The notes below the pieces were generated by a model. It worked only from the letters and a program-made list of their open reading frames with translations, did no database searches and was not told the DNA's origin. A stretch of DNA of 63,572 nucleotides, counting the filler, from Octopus bimaculoides (Eukaryota), in assembly GCF_001194135.2 (NCBI RefSeq). It is 5 parts of 5 records of this genome, joined end to end, with 100 filler letters (N's around TTAATTAATTAA, not from the genome) between each part and the next. Parts side by side here need not be neighbours in the genome. Positions count along the whole stretch, not along the records: positions 61,972 to 63,572 come from NW_026343394.1; 4 more parts are not named here. One strand, written 5' to 3'. Below are positions 62,852 to 63,572 of this stretch, piece by piece; within the stretch, counting starts at the first letter, position 1; every line of letters begins with the position of its first letter. The translations under genes were made by a program, and so were the position numbers.

Positions 62852-63572
62852 CATACATTATACATGCAGATATACATACATACACACACATATATGCATA
62901 CATACATATGTGTGTATACATACATACATTCATGCATGCATACATAATACATACATACCTACATACATAAATACATATATATACTTGCATTAAATGCATG
63001 CATACACACATACATGCATACACACATACGTGCATACATTCATACATATATACACACACATATACAGCATTCTCGCATGCTTAAAAGCGCCCATGTACAA
63101 TACACACTAACATCATATAAACACACGCACTACATACATTACACACGCAAACATACACACACACACTTGCATTTATATTGGCGCACACATCCACAGACAT
63201 AAAACACACACATTTATTCATACCTCACACATACACACGCTACAGATATACACAGACATATATACGTATATACACAAACAAAATACAAACGCACACACAC
63301 GCCCACTGTCGCACATACATACAGACACACAAATATACACACACATGCACACACACACATACACAAACACACACCTACATACAAGCACACAGAAACGCTA
63401 ACACTCATACAGGCGCACACATACACACACTCATGCATAGAGACACATACATCACACGATCACACACATACACACATACAAACATACACAATCACACACA
63501 AACGCACATACACAGTCACATATACATACACACACATACAGCATTCTGACCTTCGTACAAGCGCACATTTTC

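Noticed and set aside
1-63572. CRISPR arrays, rRNA, telomeric arrays
   Set aside because: None seen; only scattered TAACCC-like hexamers (e.g. ~11245-11262)

Overview
AT-rich, microsatellite-saturated eukaryotic non-coding DNA. The SINE families and repeat load look like an octopus/coleoid genome (inference from pattern recognition, not a database search). The window is at least five assembly pieces joined by artificial 100-bp spacers (N44-TTAATTAATTAA-N44), plus many ordinary N gaps. No intact protein-coding gene is supportable; nearly all ORF-track entries are translated microsatellites, gaps or decayed transposons. Identifiable content: two decayed DD34D-type mariners and several mariner/piggyBac/hAT/pogo MITEs, two Helitron-like elements, a Gypsy gag-pol remnant and a solo LTR, CR1-group, RTE, R4/Dong-like and Penelope retroelement fragments, at least five modular tRNA-SINE families, a U6 pseudogene, and a few weak candidate host exons/promoters. 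The most notable signal is seven hammerhead-ribozyme-like motifs of three kinds. (i) A full-length type I hammerhead at 3227-3300 inside a ~328-nt terminally redundant (retrozyme-like) unit. (ii) Three Penelope minimal hammerheads that differ at the free core position N7; one sits in a TSD-flanked insert that starts at a tRNA-like Pol III head also present in the Penelope 3' end, i.e. a candidate ribozyme-tailed SINE. (iii) Three decayed copies of a second minimal hammerhead with stem-II covariation. An R4-like family also appears to target (ATAC)n arrays.
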